Below the pieces are notes generated by a model, which worked only from the letters and a program-made list of their open reading frames with translations, did not search any database and was not told where the DNA came from. DNA of 64,000 nucleotides, taken from contig JAUIBK010000016.1 in assembly GCA_030428205.1 (NCBI GenBank), positions 11,454 through 75,453 on the forward strand, given 5' to 3'. The translations under genes were made by a program, and so were the position numbers. This document shows positions 13,268 through 21,909 of the stretch, one piece after another (position 1 is the stretch's first letter; every line of letters starts with the position of its first letter). The DNA comes from a bacterium. Its GTDB lineage: Bacteria; Bdellovibrionota_C; UBA2361; RFPC01.

Positions 13268-13488
13268 TGAGATCAGGTCTGTCGTGCTCTCTGAATGTTT
13301 GTGGCGCGTATGGTGGTGTGAAAACTGGTCGCTTTCACGTGTTTTTCTGCACGGTGTATATTTGTCTTCTCCAGGGAAGTACGCTGCTAACGCAGCATAC
13401 TTCCCGTGCGGCGTCCCCGAGGACGCCTTGAAAAGCGCATGGCGTTTTTTATACTCAAATCAGCTTTGTCTCCGACAAACCTGATCTC
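13268..13488 (+). repeat. Structured repeat element, copy 1. It is a candidate sRNA, cis-leader or MITE-like element, and its second copy is at 51213-51411.
   Basis: About 80% identity to 51213-51411. It has the terminal inverted repeat caggtctgtcg...cgacaaacctg and internal helices carrying compensatory changes. Its 3' hairpin carries a T-tract. Confidence 0.6.
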
Positions 13489-13589
13489 TTTGAGTTTATT
13501 TGACTAACATCTTCAAAATTTTGATACTTCGTTATCACCAAATGGACGGGGGATTGAGATATATTCTTCCATATCTTTAGGAGCTGCAC

Positions 13590-14732
13590 ATGAATTGCAA
13601 ACAAAAATGTCTTTTTATTCTTAAAAGTCTCTCGATAGTTTCACTTTTTCTTTTCGCTATGAGCCCTACTGCTTATTCAGAGGTTACCTGTGTGAAGGTC
13701 AAGTTGAATAAAAAGAAGAAGCCAAAGCTCGTTACTAAAGTTTTCCCAGATGCTTGCCCCGGAAAATTTGTACAGATTCAAGATACCAACGCAACTGTTC
13801 AAGGTGCGCAGGGGCCAAAGGGAGATACTGGGGCGCAAGGACCTCAAGGGCAGACTGGCCCGCAAGGCCCACAAGGATTGCAGGGGCTCCAGGGAGTGCC
13901 GGGAGTCGATGGGGCAGATCTGTATGAACGTACCATTGTCGTTCCTGCTGGAGAGGCGCCAACGGAGAATGGTAGTGCCCTTCTGAATGCTGCTTCTGGG
14001 CTTGTTGGAACTGTCGATGCTCCTTGGATGATTGAGCTTGAGAGCGGCACGTATGATCTTGGAGACCTTGTTCTTGAGCTTGGGACTTACGTGTCTCTTC
14101 GTGGAGCTGATACTCATAGCACTGTTGTGACAGGTTCGTCGTCCAGTGCAGTCGTTGATACAAATACTGGTAGCTCTCTTCGCAATATGTCAATTTTTGG
14201 AACTGCTATCACCACAAGCACCTTGTCTGGAGTTGTACGTGTTGATGACGACAACGATGTTCTTATTGAGAATGTCAAAATGACAAGCACTGGTCGTGGC
14301 TTGCTACTTGAGAATTGCTCTGGAGTGAAAATAAATCGTATCGACATTACAGCAGCTGGTTATGCTATTAATACGGATCATTCATCGCTTGATACCACGA
14401 TTTCAGATTCTCAAATAACCTCAACCGGTGATTCTGGTGTCGATTTTGGTACTTCGACTTCCCATACTATCGTTGAGCGTTGTGTCGTTACTGCCACGGC
14501 AATAGATCAGAGTGCTCTGCGAAGTAGTGGAGGAAGTGGTATCGTTCGTCATTCAACTTTGATTTCAAGCTTTGGTGGCACACTTGAAAGCTCAAATGGG
14601 AACACTGACATCGTAATCTCTCAAACGTATGTTGATGTTGAAGATTCTTTCAACATGCATTTTACAGGGGGAACAGCATCTTGTACTGCTATTTCCACAG
14701 ACAGTACATTTAGCACAACTACTTGTCTTTAG
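13590..14732 (+). CDS. Secreted collagen-like triple-helix repeat protein with a C-terminal right-handed beta-helix (pectate-lyase-like) domain
   Basis: Signal peptide, 15 G-X-Y repeats (GAQGPKGDTGAQGPQGQTGPQGPQG...), then Thr/Ser/Gly-rich beta-helix-type repeats. Confidence 0.65.
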   Translation: MNCKQKCLFILKSLSIVSLFLFAMSPTAYSEVTCVKVKLNKKKKPKLVTKVFPDACPGKFVQIQDTNATVQGAQGPKGDTGAQGPQGQTGPQGPQGLQGLQGVPGVDGADLYERTIVVPAGEAPTENGSALLNAASGLVGTVDAPWMIELESGTYDLGDLVLELGTYVSLRGADTHSTVVTGSSSSAVVDTNTGSSLRNMSIFGTAITTSTLSGVVRVDDDNDVLIENVKMTSTGRGLLLENCSGVKINRIDITAAGYAINTDHSSLDTTISDSQITSTGDSGVDFGTSTSHTIVERCVVTATAIDQSALRSSGGSGIVRHSTLISSFGGTLESSNGNTDIVISQTYVDVEDSFNMHFTGGTASCTAISTDSTFSTTTCL

Positions 14733-14828
14733 TGTTGCGATAAGTTCATTTGAAACAGCACGAATACTCTCTTTTCGCCCCGCTGAGCGGTTTGCGGCGG
14801 GGCCTCTGCAGAGTTCAGACAAGCCTCA

Positions 14829-17378
14829 TCAGGTATTACTTTCTATAAGATAGTTGTCGTCATCTGAGGCATCTTCTTCAGAGCATGCATATGTTTTTAC
14901 TGGAAGTTGTTTCGCAGCACCAATCGCTTGCTTAGCGAGTCTATGAATACGTTGGAGCTTTTTCTTTCGCTTTGTGCCTTTGAGGGCAAGGCGTAGTACT
15001 TTCTTCGCTTGTGACTTTAATGAGCGTATTGAATTTATGTACGTTTTCTTCTCTGAGCGAGTCTTCTTTTTTGTACAGAGAAGGGAGTCGTTGCATTTGA
15101 GAAGTTGCAGTTTCGTAACATCTCTACTTGCGCCTATCGCTTGTTCGTGAAGGAGGTTAAGAGTAGTAGACTCTTCAAGCAGTGCAGTCTGGTTGCTGCT
15201 TGACGTGTATGCTTTATGAGCAAGAGAAAGAGCAAGTTCTACCATGGCGGTGAGTTTTCGATTCGCTTTGATTATTTTCTTGCTCTTATTTTTTGTCTTA
15301 CAGTTATAATCTGCGAAATTTCTTTGTCGTACGACGACTGCTGGAAGGACTTCGCCTGTTGAGAGAGCTATGGAGTTGGTAGCGAGTGTGAGATCCTCAC
15401 GGTCTATGCTCAGGTTGTAGTCTCCTGCTGGGACATTCTGAAATGTAAATGTGTTTCCTTCTTCCAGAAGAGTGACGAAGGAACGAGGATGAGAAGATAT
15501 TCCACTCTCAGAAGTTGCGTCTGCTTCTCCTCCTGTTCTTGGAGTAAGGTGAGCTTGGGTGCCTGAGAGATCCGAAGAGGCTCCACCGACAGTACCACGA
15601 ACATCATAAAGGTCTTCTCCATCCTCTTGGCTTGTAGGTGTAGGAGCGGGAAGAGGTGGCGCATCGGGGAATTCCGCTGGTTGTACAACTTCGGTGAGAG
15701 CCGTAAGCTTTTCGTTTTCCCCAAGAGTAAGAAATGGACCATAGAGAAAACTACCAGGATGAGGGATGACAAATCGAATCGTATTCGTATAGCCATAGTA
15801 TGCTACATAAGGAGTTTCAGCGACTGATGTATCAAGATGTTGAATGCCAACTATTCGAGGAAATTCTTCTGGGTGAACACCGATACTGCCATACCAGTCC
15901 CCATTCTCGTAATCAAAACTTGGAAGTTCTTCTCTCCGAACCCAATAACCAGCGGTGTGCACGAGCTGATCATCATCAAAACTAGCGAAGCTCGAAATAG
16001 GGCTTATGAAGTTGACAAAGCTACTTGATACGCTTTTATCACCTCGATCGACTGTTTTATAGAGATAGAGGTTTCTGAAGTAATCATCCGACACAGCTTT
16101 TTCGACGAAAAGGACCGCATCACCATAGAATCCAAGACTTGAAAGAAGGGTAGAGTCTCCATTCAAAGAGAGGAGAGTTTCTTCATCGTCTCCATCTACC
16201 AAGTCAACACTCACTATGGTCTGTGAATCACTGCAGTAGTAGAGTCGGCCATAAATATCATCAGCTAACAGGCAGTAGACCGAAGAGTTTTGAAGAGTGA
16301 GAAAGTCTTCCACGTTTGTGCCATCTGCATCGGCCATTTTAATTTTGACGGTATTTCCGCTTGCATCCACCCAATACAGTTTTTCTGTCTCCACAGAATA
16401 GCTCATTGCCTTTACGTCTCCGATAGTATCGGAATCAAATACAGGCACGATTTCTTTCGTTATGTTTGTCCAAAATATTCGGGAAGTATTGAGTTGTGTA
16501 TCACGAACAGCAAAGTACATTCTTGTATCATCATAGATGCTCGAGGTGGGCTCCTGTGTGTCCCCTGTAGTAAAGTTCGCTATGATATCATAACCTTTTT
16601 GAGAAGCGACTGCGCTTAGAGAAGACCCATTTGTATTGACACTGCTGAGAAGTGTCCCTGAAGAAGGTGCGCCAATGAAGAGCAGCTTTTGAAGAGTGTT
16701 ATCATATGTAATTCCACGGGGAGAATTTGTACTTGAAGAGAGGAATGCTTCAGGAGAACTTCCATCGGTATTACATCGATAGATGGCATCTTTTGTATGG
16801 TTCGACCAATAGAGTTTTCCATTGAATAGAGTAAGATTGGTGAGGGTGTCTCCTTGGGCAATATTGTCGAAGAGAGAAGATTGATTGAGTCCATCACTGA
16901 GGTTCACACGCTCGATTCCTTCGAGGCTTGCGTAGTACAGAGTGTTTGTTGACTCGCTTACGAACAGACCATAGGGGTCTGACATACCAACAAGAAACAG
17001 CTCTTTGTTGCTACCATCTAGATCGGCTCGATAGATAGCTGCTTCCTGTGGATCGCTCCAGAGTATTTTATTATTTGTCAGGTCGAGTGCGATATCGTTT
17101 ATGGAGCTACTTGCTGAGGCAAAAATGGTGACGATATTGCTCCCATCCCGATTGGCTCGTTTTATTGAGGGGCCAGAGTCACTGTAATACAGGTGGTTAT
17201 TCTCAGGATCGTATGCGAGGGCTCTCGTTGCTGACGCAATGAAGGTTGAAGTTACGCTAGTCTCGCTGTCAACTAGTTTAATATCGCTGCCTGTAGCAAC
17301 AAGGATGTCCGCTGATAAGGGAAGCGACGATAGAAGGAGCAAAGTAAAGAGTATTCGAAGGAGGCTCATATATTTCAT
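14829..17378 (-). CDS. Secreted YWTD/LDL-receptor class B beta-propeller repeat protein with a Lys-rich C-terminus
   Basis: Signal peptide. Repeats of type LYYSD...IKRANRDGSN, ILWSD...IYRADLDGSN and LYWSN...IYRCNTDGS. The C-terminal tail is KK-rich. Confidence 0.6.
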   Translation of the reverse strand: MKYMSLLRILFTLLLLSSLPLSADILVATGSDIKLVDSETSVTSTFIASATRALAYDPENNHLYYSDSGPSIKRANRDGSNIVTIFASASSSINDIALDLTNNKILWSDPQEAAIYRADLDGSNKELFLVGMSDPYGLFVSESTNTLYYASLEGIERVNLSDGLNQSSLFDNIAQGDTLTNLTLFNGKLYWSNHTKDAIYRCNTDGSSPEAFLSSSTNSPRGITYDNTLQKLLFIGAPSSGTLLSSVNTNGSSLSAVASQKGYDIIANFTTGDTQEPTSSIYDDTRMYFAVRDTQLNTSRIFWTNITKEIVPVFDSDTIGDVKAMSYSVETEKLYWVDASGNTVKIKMADADGTNVEDFLTLQNSSVYCLLADDIYGRLYYCSDSQTIVSVDLVDGDDEETLLSLNGDSTLLSSLGFYGDAVLFVEKAVSDDYFRNLYLYKTVDRGDKSVSSSFVNFISPISSFASFDDDQLVHTAGYWVRREELPSFDYENGDWYGSIGVHPEEFPRIVGIQHLDTSVAETPYVAYYGYTNTIRFVIPHPGSFLYGPFLTLGENEKLTALTEVVQPAEFPDAPPLPAPTPTSQEDGEDLYDVRGTVGGASSDLSGTQAHLTPRTGGEADATSESGISSHPRSFVTLLEEGNTFTFQNVPAGDYNLSIDREDLTLATNSIALSTGEVLPAVVVRQRNFADYNCKTKNKSKKIIKANRKLTAMVELALSLAHKAYTSSSNQTALLEESTTLNLLHEQAIGASRDVTKLQLLKCNDSLLCTKKKTRSEKKTYINSIRSLKSQAKKVLRLALKGTKRKKKLQRIHRLAKQAIGAAKQLPVKTYACSEEDASDDDNYLIESNT

Positions 17379-17489
17379 AGTATTTATTCATCGTCTCCCC
17401 CTGGGTTTGATCTTGAGGTATTCGTGTACGAAAAAGAGTGCGAGATATCAGTAGGATAGGAACGTATCAGGCCTATGATGAGCTCTCGC

Positions 17490-17993
17490 TCATGAGCTTT
17501 GTGTATCATCACTGCAGGTCGAATCTTCGATTGCCTTATTGAGAAGTTCGTCAAATCCCTTTTCGGGAACAATTCGGTACCCACAACCAGGAAGCAATCC
17601 TCCACCGAGTTGAACCATCTCGGAGTGGGGATATCGACGACAGAGAGCCGGTCGAGACTCATAAATTCCACATTTGTTATCTGCTCGCAGGTTGGTGCAA
17701 GTATACCTAAGGTAGCCCTCTTCAGTTTGAGATCCGTTTGGTTGAAACATCTCATAGACTGGAAATTTCTTTTTGAGTTTTTCAAATGCAGCCTGAGAGG
17801 TGACAGGCTTGCCTCGGTCAACGAGTATAAGATTGCGGCAGCAATTTCCCGTTTGCCTGCAGCTTCCTTCAATCCGGAGCTTGTTCTTTTTCTTCTTAAA
17901 AAGAGAGAAGTAGAGATCGGTTTCCGTTAAGCGGGTCCAAAGGTTCTTTAACATGGAGTCATTGTACATAGGGAAAGAGATCAAGATACTCAT
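17490..17993 (-). CDS. YkgJ-family (UPF0153) zinc/iron-chelating cysteine-cluster protein
   Basis: CRQTGNCC...C-IYESRPALCRRYP cysteine signature. Confidence 0.6.
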   Translation of the reverse strand: MSILISFPMYNDSMLKNLWTRLTETDLYFSLFKKKKNKLRIEGSCRQTGNCCRNLILVDRGKPVTSQAAFEKLKKKFPVYEMFQPNGSQTEEGYLRYTCTNLRADNKCGIYESRPALCRRYPHSEMVQLGGGLLPGCGYRIVPEKGFDELLNKAIEDSTCSDDTQSS

Positions 17994-18160
17994 GAAGTTG
18001 TACCTATGACCGTTTACTCTATAAACATGCTGAGATCTCTCATTATTTTTCTAGGATAGACGATTTTTAGCCGAGTTCTGAAGTCTTGGCCTCCTGTTTT
18101 CTTGATTTTGTACTAACTACATGCTATATGCAAGTATATAACATGTGATTAGCACTTGGA

Positions 18161-19750
18161 GTGGCCATGACAACATTAGCGAGCAGCCCAGTATTACCCG
18201 ATGCAGAGTTGGTCCAACGAGAGATATTGACTCTGTTGCCAGTTGACACGAATCCGTTTGTCTCTGTGGCACCAATTGAACAGAAAACCTATCTAGTTGA
18301 TGGCGAGGTTCGAGAATGGAAAGGGAAAACCACAGATGTGACATCTCCACTTGATCTCGGTGGCGGGGAGCCAAGGCTCGGATCTCATCCAGCCTTAGGC
18401 CCGAAAGAGGCGCTTGAAGCAATGAGTGCTGCTAAAGCAGCATATGATAACGGCCTCGGGGAGTGGCCTCAAACGAGCCTCCTTGATCGAACAGCACAGG
18501 TACTCGACTTCGCACGTCGCATGGAGGAGGTTCGAGATGTTGTCATTGAGCGAATTACTTTAGAGATAGGAAAAACAACAGCTGATGCAACAGCTGAGTT
18601 TGACCGAACAGTTGAATATATACGTCGTAGCTGTGAGGAAGCTCTGAAGATTCACAGTGAATCTCAGGGCGTTCAACATGTCGATGGTATTGAAGCAAGC
18701 ATCTCGCGCCAACCACTTGGCCCAACCTTGTGTATGGGCCCCTTTAATTATCCACTCAACGAAACGTTTGCCACTATGATTCCAGCTCTGTTAATGGGAA
18801 ATACGGTAGTCATGAAACCTCCAAAAGCTGGTGTGCTTCTCTTTGAGCCACTTCTTGACGCTTTTCAAGAATCGTTTCCTGCTGGAGCAGTGAATGTGAT
18901 CTATGGTGATGGGGCTGAGATTATCGGGCCAATCATGGAGAGTGGAGACATAGACGTCCTCTCTTTCATAGGGAGTGCAAAGGTGGCTGATATTGTTTCT
19001 GGTGCGCACCCTGAGCCACACCGTCTCAAGAAAATTCTCGGTCTTGGGGCCAATAATCCTGCGATTGTGCTTCCTGACGCGGACTTGGAGTCAGCGATTC
19101 CTGTGGTTGGAAAGGGAAGTTTGAGTTACAACGGCCAACGGTGTACGGCACTCAAAGTTCACCTTGTTGTTGGTGAAGAGCTTGCCCAAGAGTATGCTCT
19201 CCGTTTTGCTGAGTATGTTGATGGGCTCCAACTTGGTGACCCTCGAGATGAGGGAGTAGACATTACACCTTTAGCTGAAGGAGCTTGGAAGGTTGAATAC
19301 CTCCAAGAGCTGATTGAGGATGCGGTTGCCAAGGGCGCGCGTGTGATGAATAACGGTGGGGGTATAGCTAAGGGGAATCTTATTACTCCTGCGGTCTTGT
19401 ACCCTGTAACACCTGAAATGCGCATCTTTCACGAAGAACAGTTTGGTCCTGTCGTTCCCGTTGTGCCAATTTCTTACGTTGAGGAAGCCACGCAGTTTGT
19501 CGCTCAGTCAAAAGTTGGCCAACAAGTGAGTATATTTTCAAGTGATGACTCAGAGCTTTACTCGCTTGCAAAAAAGCTTCAACCGCTTGTTGGGAGAGTA
19601 AATCTTAATGATGGTTGTAAACGGGGACCCGATGAGTTGCCATTTACTGGAAAACGGAGCGCTGCCATGGGAACGTTGTCCATTCGAGCAGCTCTTGAGG
19701 AGTTTTCGAGCCCCTCTGTCTTAGCCCGGTCTTTTGGGGGGTATTCTTAA
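18161..19750 (+). CDS. Aldehyde dehydrogenase family, GapN-like non-phosphorylating
   Basis: Catalytic Cys context (GQRCTALK) and EQFGPVVPV, typical of the ALDH superfamily. Confidence 0.75.
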   Translation: MAMTTLASSPVLPDAELVQREILTLLPVDTNPFVSVAPIEQKTYLVDGEVREWKGKTTDVTSPLDLGGGEPRLGSHPALGPKEALEAMSAAKAAYDNGLGEWPQTSLLDRTAQVLDFARRMEEVRDVVIERITLEIGKTTADATAEFDRTVEYIRRSCEEALKIHSESQGVQHVDGIEASISRQPLGPTLCMGPFNYPLNETFATMIPALLMGNTVVMKPPKAGVLLFEPLLDAFQESFPAGAVNVIYGDGAEIIGPIMESGDIDVLSFIGSAKVADIVSGAHPEPHRLKKILGLGANNPAIVLPDADLESAIPVVGKGSLSYNGQRCTALKVHLVVGEELAQEYALRFAEYVDGLQLGDPRDEGVDITPLAEGAWKVEYLQELIEDAVAKGARVMNNGGGIAKGNLITPAVLYPVTPEMRIFHEEQFGPVVPVVPISYVEEATQFVAQSKVGQQVSIFSSDDSELYSLAKKLQPLVGRVNLNDGCKRGPDELPFTGKRSAAMGTLSIRAALEEFSSPSVLARSFGGYS

Positions 19751-19811
19751 TAGTGGCAAGGGCAATCACTTCTTAGCCTTTTTGAGATAAACCTCAATGA
19801 GAAAAAGTGGC

Positions 19812-19844
19812 GGGGTGCTTCTTGTGTCAACAGGAAGCACCCCC
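19812..19844. terminator. Candidate bidirectional terminator hairpin between convergent genes
   Basis: ggggtgcttc-N13-gaagcacccc, a perfect 10-bp stem. There is a short T-run on the minus-strand side. Confidence 0.4.
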
Positions 19845-19872
19845 ACACCACTGTTACCTAAGAGAGAAGAAG

Positions 19873-20652
19873 TTACTTCTTCGATTTCTTCTTCTCCTTC
19901 TTTGGCTTCGGTTTCTGCTCTTTTTTTGGACTGGCTGCCTTCGCCTGCTGAGCAAGTACACGTTTCTTGTGTCGCTTGAGCATACGCCGCTCTTTTCGTT
20001 TTGCAGCAGCAGGGGTAAGAATGGGAAGCTGTTCTTGGAAGCCGAGGGCAAAGCGTGCTCGCTCTGTGCGACCAGCAATCACGCGCTTATGCCATCCAAC
20101 AACTGAGAGGTTGATGTCGTGCCATGGACCTTCTTTAGAACATGCAGCTCGATATGCTGCGTTATCGTCATTTGGTCCAACGATATACTTGCCTCCAGAT
20201 TGAGAGTAGAATCCCGTGTTTCCGATCTGCTTACCCTTTGGGGTATCAGCTTTCTTTGCCTTGGGAGGCTTTTCTTTACCTTTCTCCTTTTTATTCTTCT
20301 TGCCATCTTTCTTTGTTTTGGATGGCTTTGAATCAGGGGAAGGCTCTGTAGCGACTGCGCCAATCGCTGACTCCGTAACTATAGCTCCAACAGCTGCTTC
20401 CATCATGCTTGAGCCATCAGGGTCAGCCTCTTGCTCAACAGTTATGCTAGCGAAATCGATACTTGAGTCGCCAGCAATGGGCAGGATCTCGTCGTCCTCT
20501 ACGGCAATCGGGATCTCGCCGACTTCTTTGCCGGAGCTATCTTGAGGAGCTTCGTCTTCGAGTTGCTCGAGAGGGAGACTCTGGCTGTCGTCAGGCGTTT
20601 CGGTTGCTTCAACTTCGTGTGTTTCATTATTTTCTCCTGAACCTTTGCTCAT
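19873..20652 (-). CDS. Hypothetical protein with an acidic N-terminal half and a histone-H1-like Lys-rich C-terminal tail
   Basis: N-terminus rich in D and E. C-terminus KRKERRMLKRHKKRVLAQQAKAASPKKEQKPKPKKEKKKSKK. The start at MSKGSG is preferred, with AAGGAA RBS 8 nt upstream. The ORF track extends to 20739. Confidence 0.5.
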   Translation of the reverse strand: MSKGSGENNETHEVEATETPDDSQSLPLEQLEDEAPQDSSGKEVGEIPIAVEDDEILPIAGDSSIDFASITVEQEADPDGSSMMEAAVGAIVTESAIGAVATEPSPDSKPSKTKKDGKKNKKEKGKEKPPKAKKADTPKGKQIGNTGFYSQSGGKYIVGPNDDNAAYRAACSKEGPWHDINLSVVGWHKRVIAGRTERARFALGFQEQLPILTPAAAKRKERRMLKRHKKRVLAQQAKAASPKKEQKPKPKKEKKKSKK

Positions 20653-20734
20653 CGTTTGATTCCTTTCGGGGCGGACCCCCAAGTGTACGTTCACAACAAT
20701 GGAGTGTGTGAAAAGTGAGATGGAGGACCGCGTC

Positions 20735-20784
20735 CTCACCTGGCATCAAAAGTGGCATGCTCTCCACTGTTGATGCCAGGTGAG
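20735..20784. promoter_or_regulatory. Perfect 15-bp stem-loop in the 5' region of the 19873-20652 gene
   Basis: ctcacctggcatcaa-N20-ttgatgccaggtgag. The loop contains an inner gtgg/ccac stem. Confidence 0.4.
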
Positions 20785-21424
20785 TCTCATGAGCTAAAAC
20801 AATATGAAAGAAGTGATTGCACCTCGCTCAGAGGCTTTACTGCGGGTGAGGTGTTTGGGCTGTAAGAAGAGAATTCTGACAGGGGAGCAAAAAGCAGCTG
20901 AGTGAAGTGCAACAGGTGTGCATCTACTCTAGGAATAAGTTTTGGGAGTTAAAGAACGCTCCCCCCATCTCTTCATGTACGAAGATATGCTTAGTGTAGG
21001 ACAGCAGTAGGGGGCTACTCAAGTGTTCATGGGGGCAACGTACCCGTCTTGAGTAGGGAAATGGAGGGCACGTTCAAGTGCAAGGAGGAGCGGGGATGCT
21101 TCTCGTGGGCTGTTTTGGTGGTGGAGCTGGCCATGGTGGACAGGAGTAATAGAGCTTTAATATCAGTGGGTTAGATTGCCCTTTGTGCTGCTCTCTATGT
21201 TCTATCCAGAAATTGACTTCTTGGGGTGGACTTGCTACCTTTCGCACAAGAAAGTTTGAGTGATTAGAAGCACTTGGTTAGGTGCTTAGGGATAAGAGTT
21301 TTTTTAGAGTCTCTTGCTAGGGATTGTAAAAAAACTTCTGTGTACCTTCGCACCGTACCATACTTCTCGCTCGTTAACTTCTCACGTATTACATGTCATT
21401 TGTTGATCAATAAGGATTCATTCC

Positions 21425-21697
21425 ATGGCTTTAGAAGGCTACAAAACAAAACAAGAAATTATTGCCAAGTTTGGCAAAAGCGAAAACGATACAGCTTCTC
21501 CAGAAGTGCAGGTAGCACTTATTACCAAGCGTCTTGAAACACTTGCTACGCATTTTCAAAAGCACAAGCAAGACAAGCACTCTCGCCGCGGGCTCCTAGG
21601 GCTTGTGTCGCAACGTAAGCGTCTTCTCGGATACCTCCGGTCTGAAGATGTAACACGTTACCGCACACTTATCGGTGAGCTTGGTCTACGTAAGTAA
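21425..21697 (+). CDS. rpsO: 30S ribosomal protein S15
   Basis: 90 aa with the typical S15 sequence ...[20 protein letters not shown]... The gene is followed by pnp. Confidence 0.9.
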   Translation: MALEGYKTKQEIIAKFGKSENDTASPEVQVALITKRLETLATHFQKHKQDKHSRRGLLGLVSQRKRLLGYLRSEDVTRYRTLIGELGLRK

Positions 21698-21909
21698 TCC
21701 TCTTGTCCCCAGTAGCGTTAGCTTGAACATTTCGTGTGCTGTGAGACAGACTGTTTTTTTCTGCACTGAGTTTTGGTGCCAGGAAGAGGAGTCTTTTTGT
21801 GCTCGTGAGGTTCACTCTCTAGCTGCATGTCATGGGGCGTTGCTGTATAGTTCAACCCAAAGTTTAAAGAAGAATAAATAGAACCTTAGATCGAATTAAG
21901 GAGTAGATA

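Noticed and set aside
13284-13484. 66-aa ORF inside structured-element copy 1, and the analogous 51102-51413 ORF over copy 2
   Set aside because: Both lie over the conserved structured element. The two copies differ by indels and compensatory stem changes rather than codon-preserving changes, so they behave as RNA or DNA structure, not as coding sequence.
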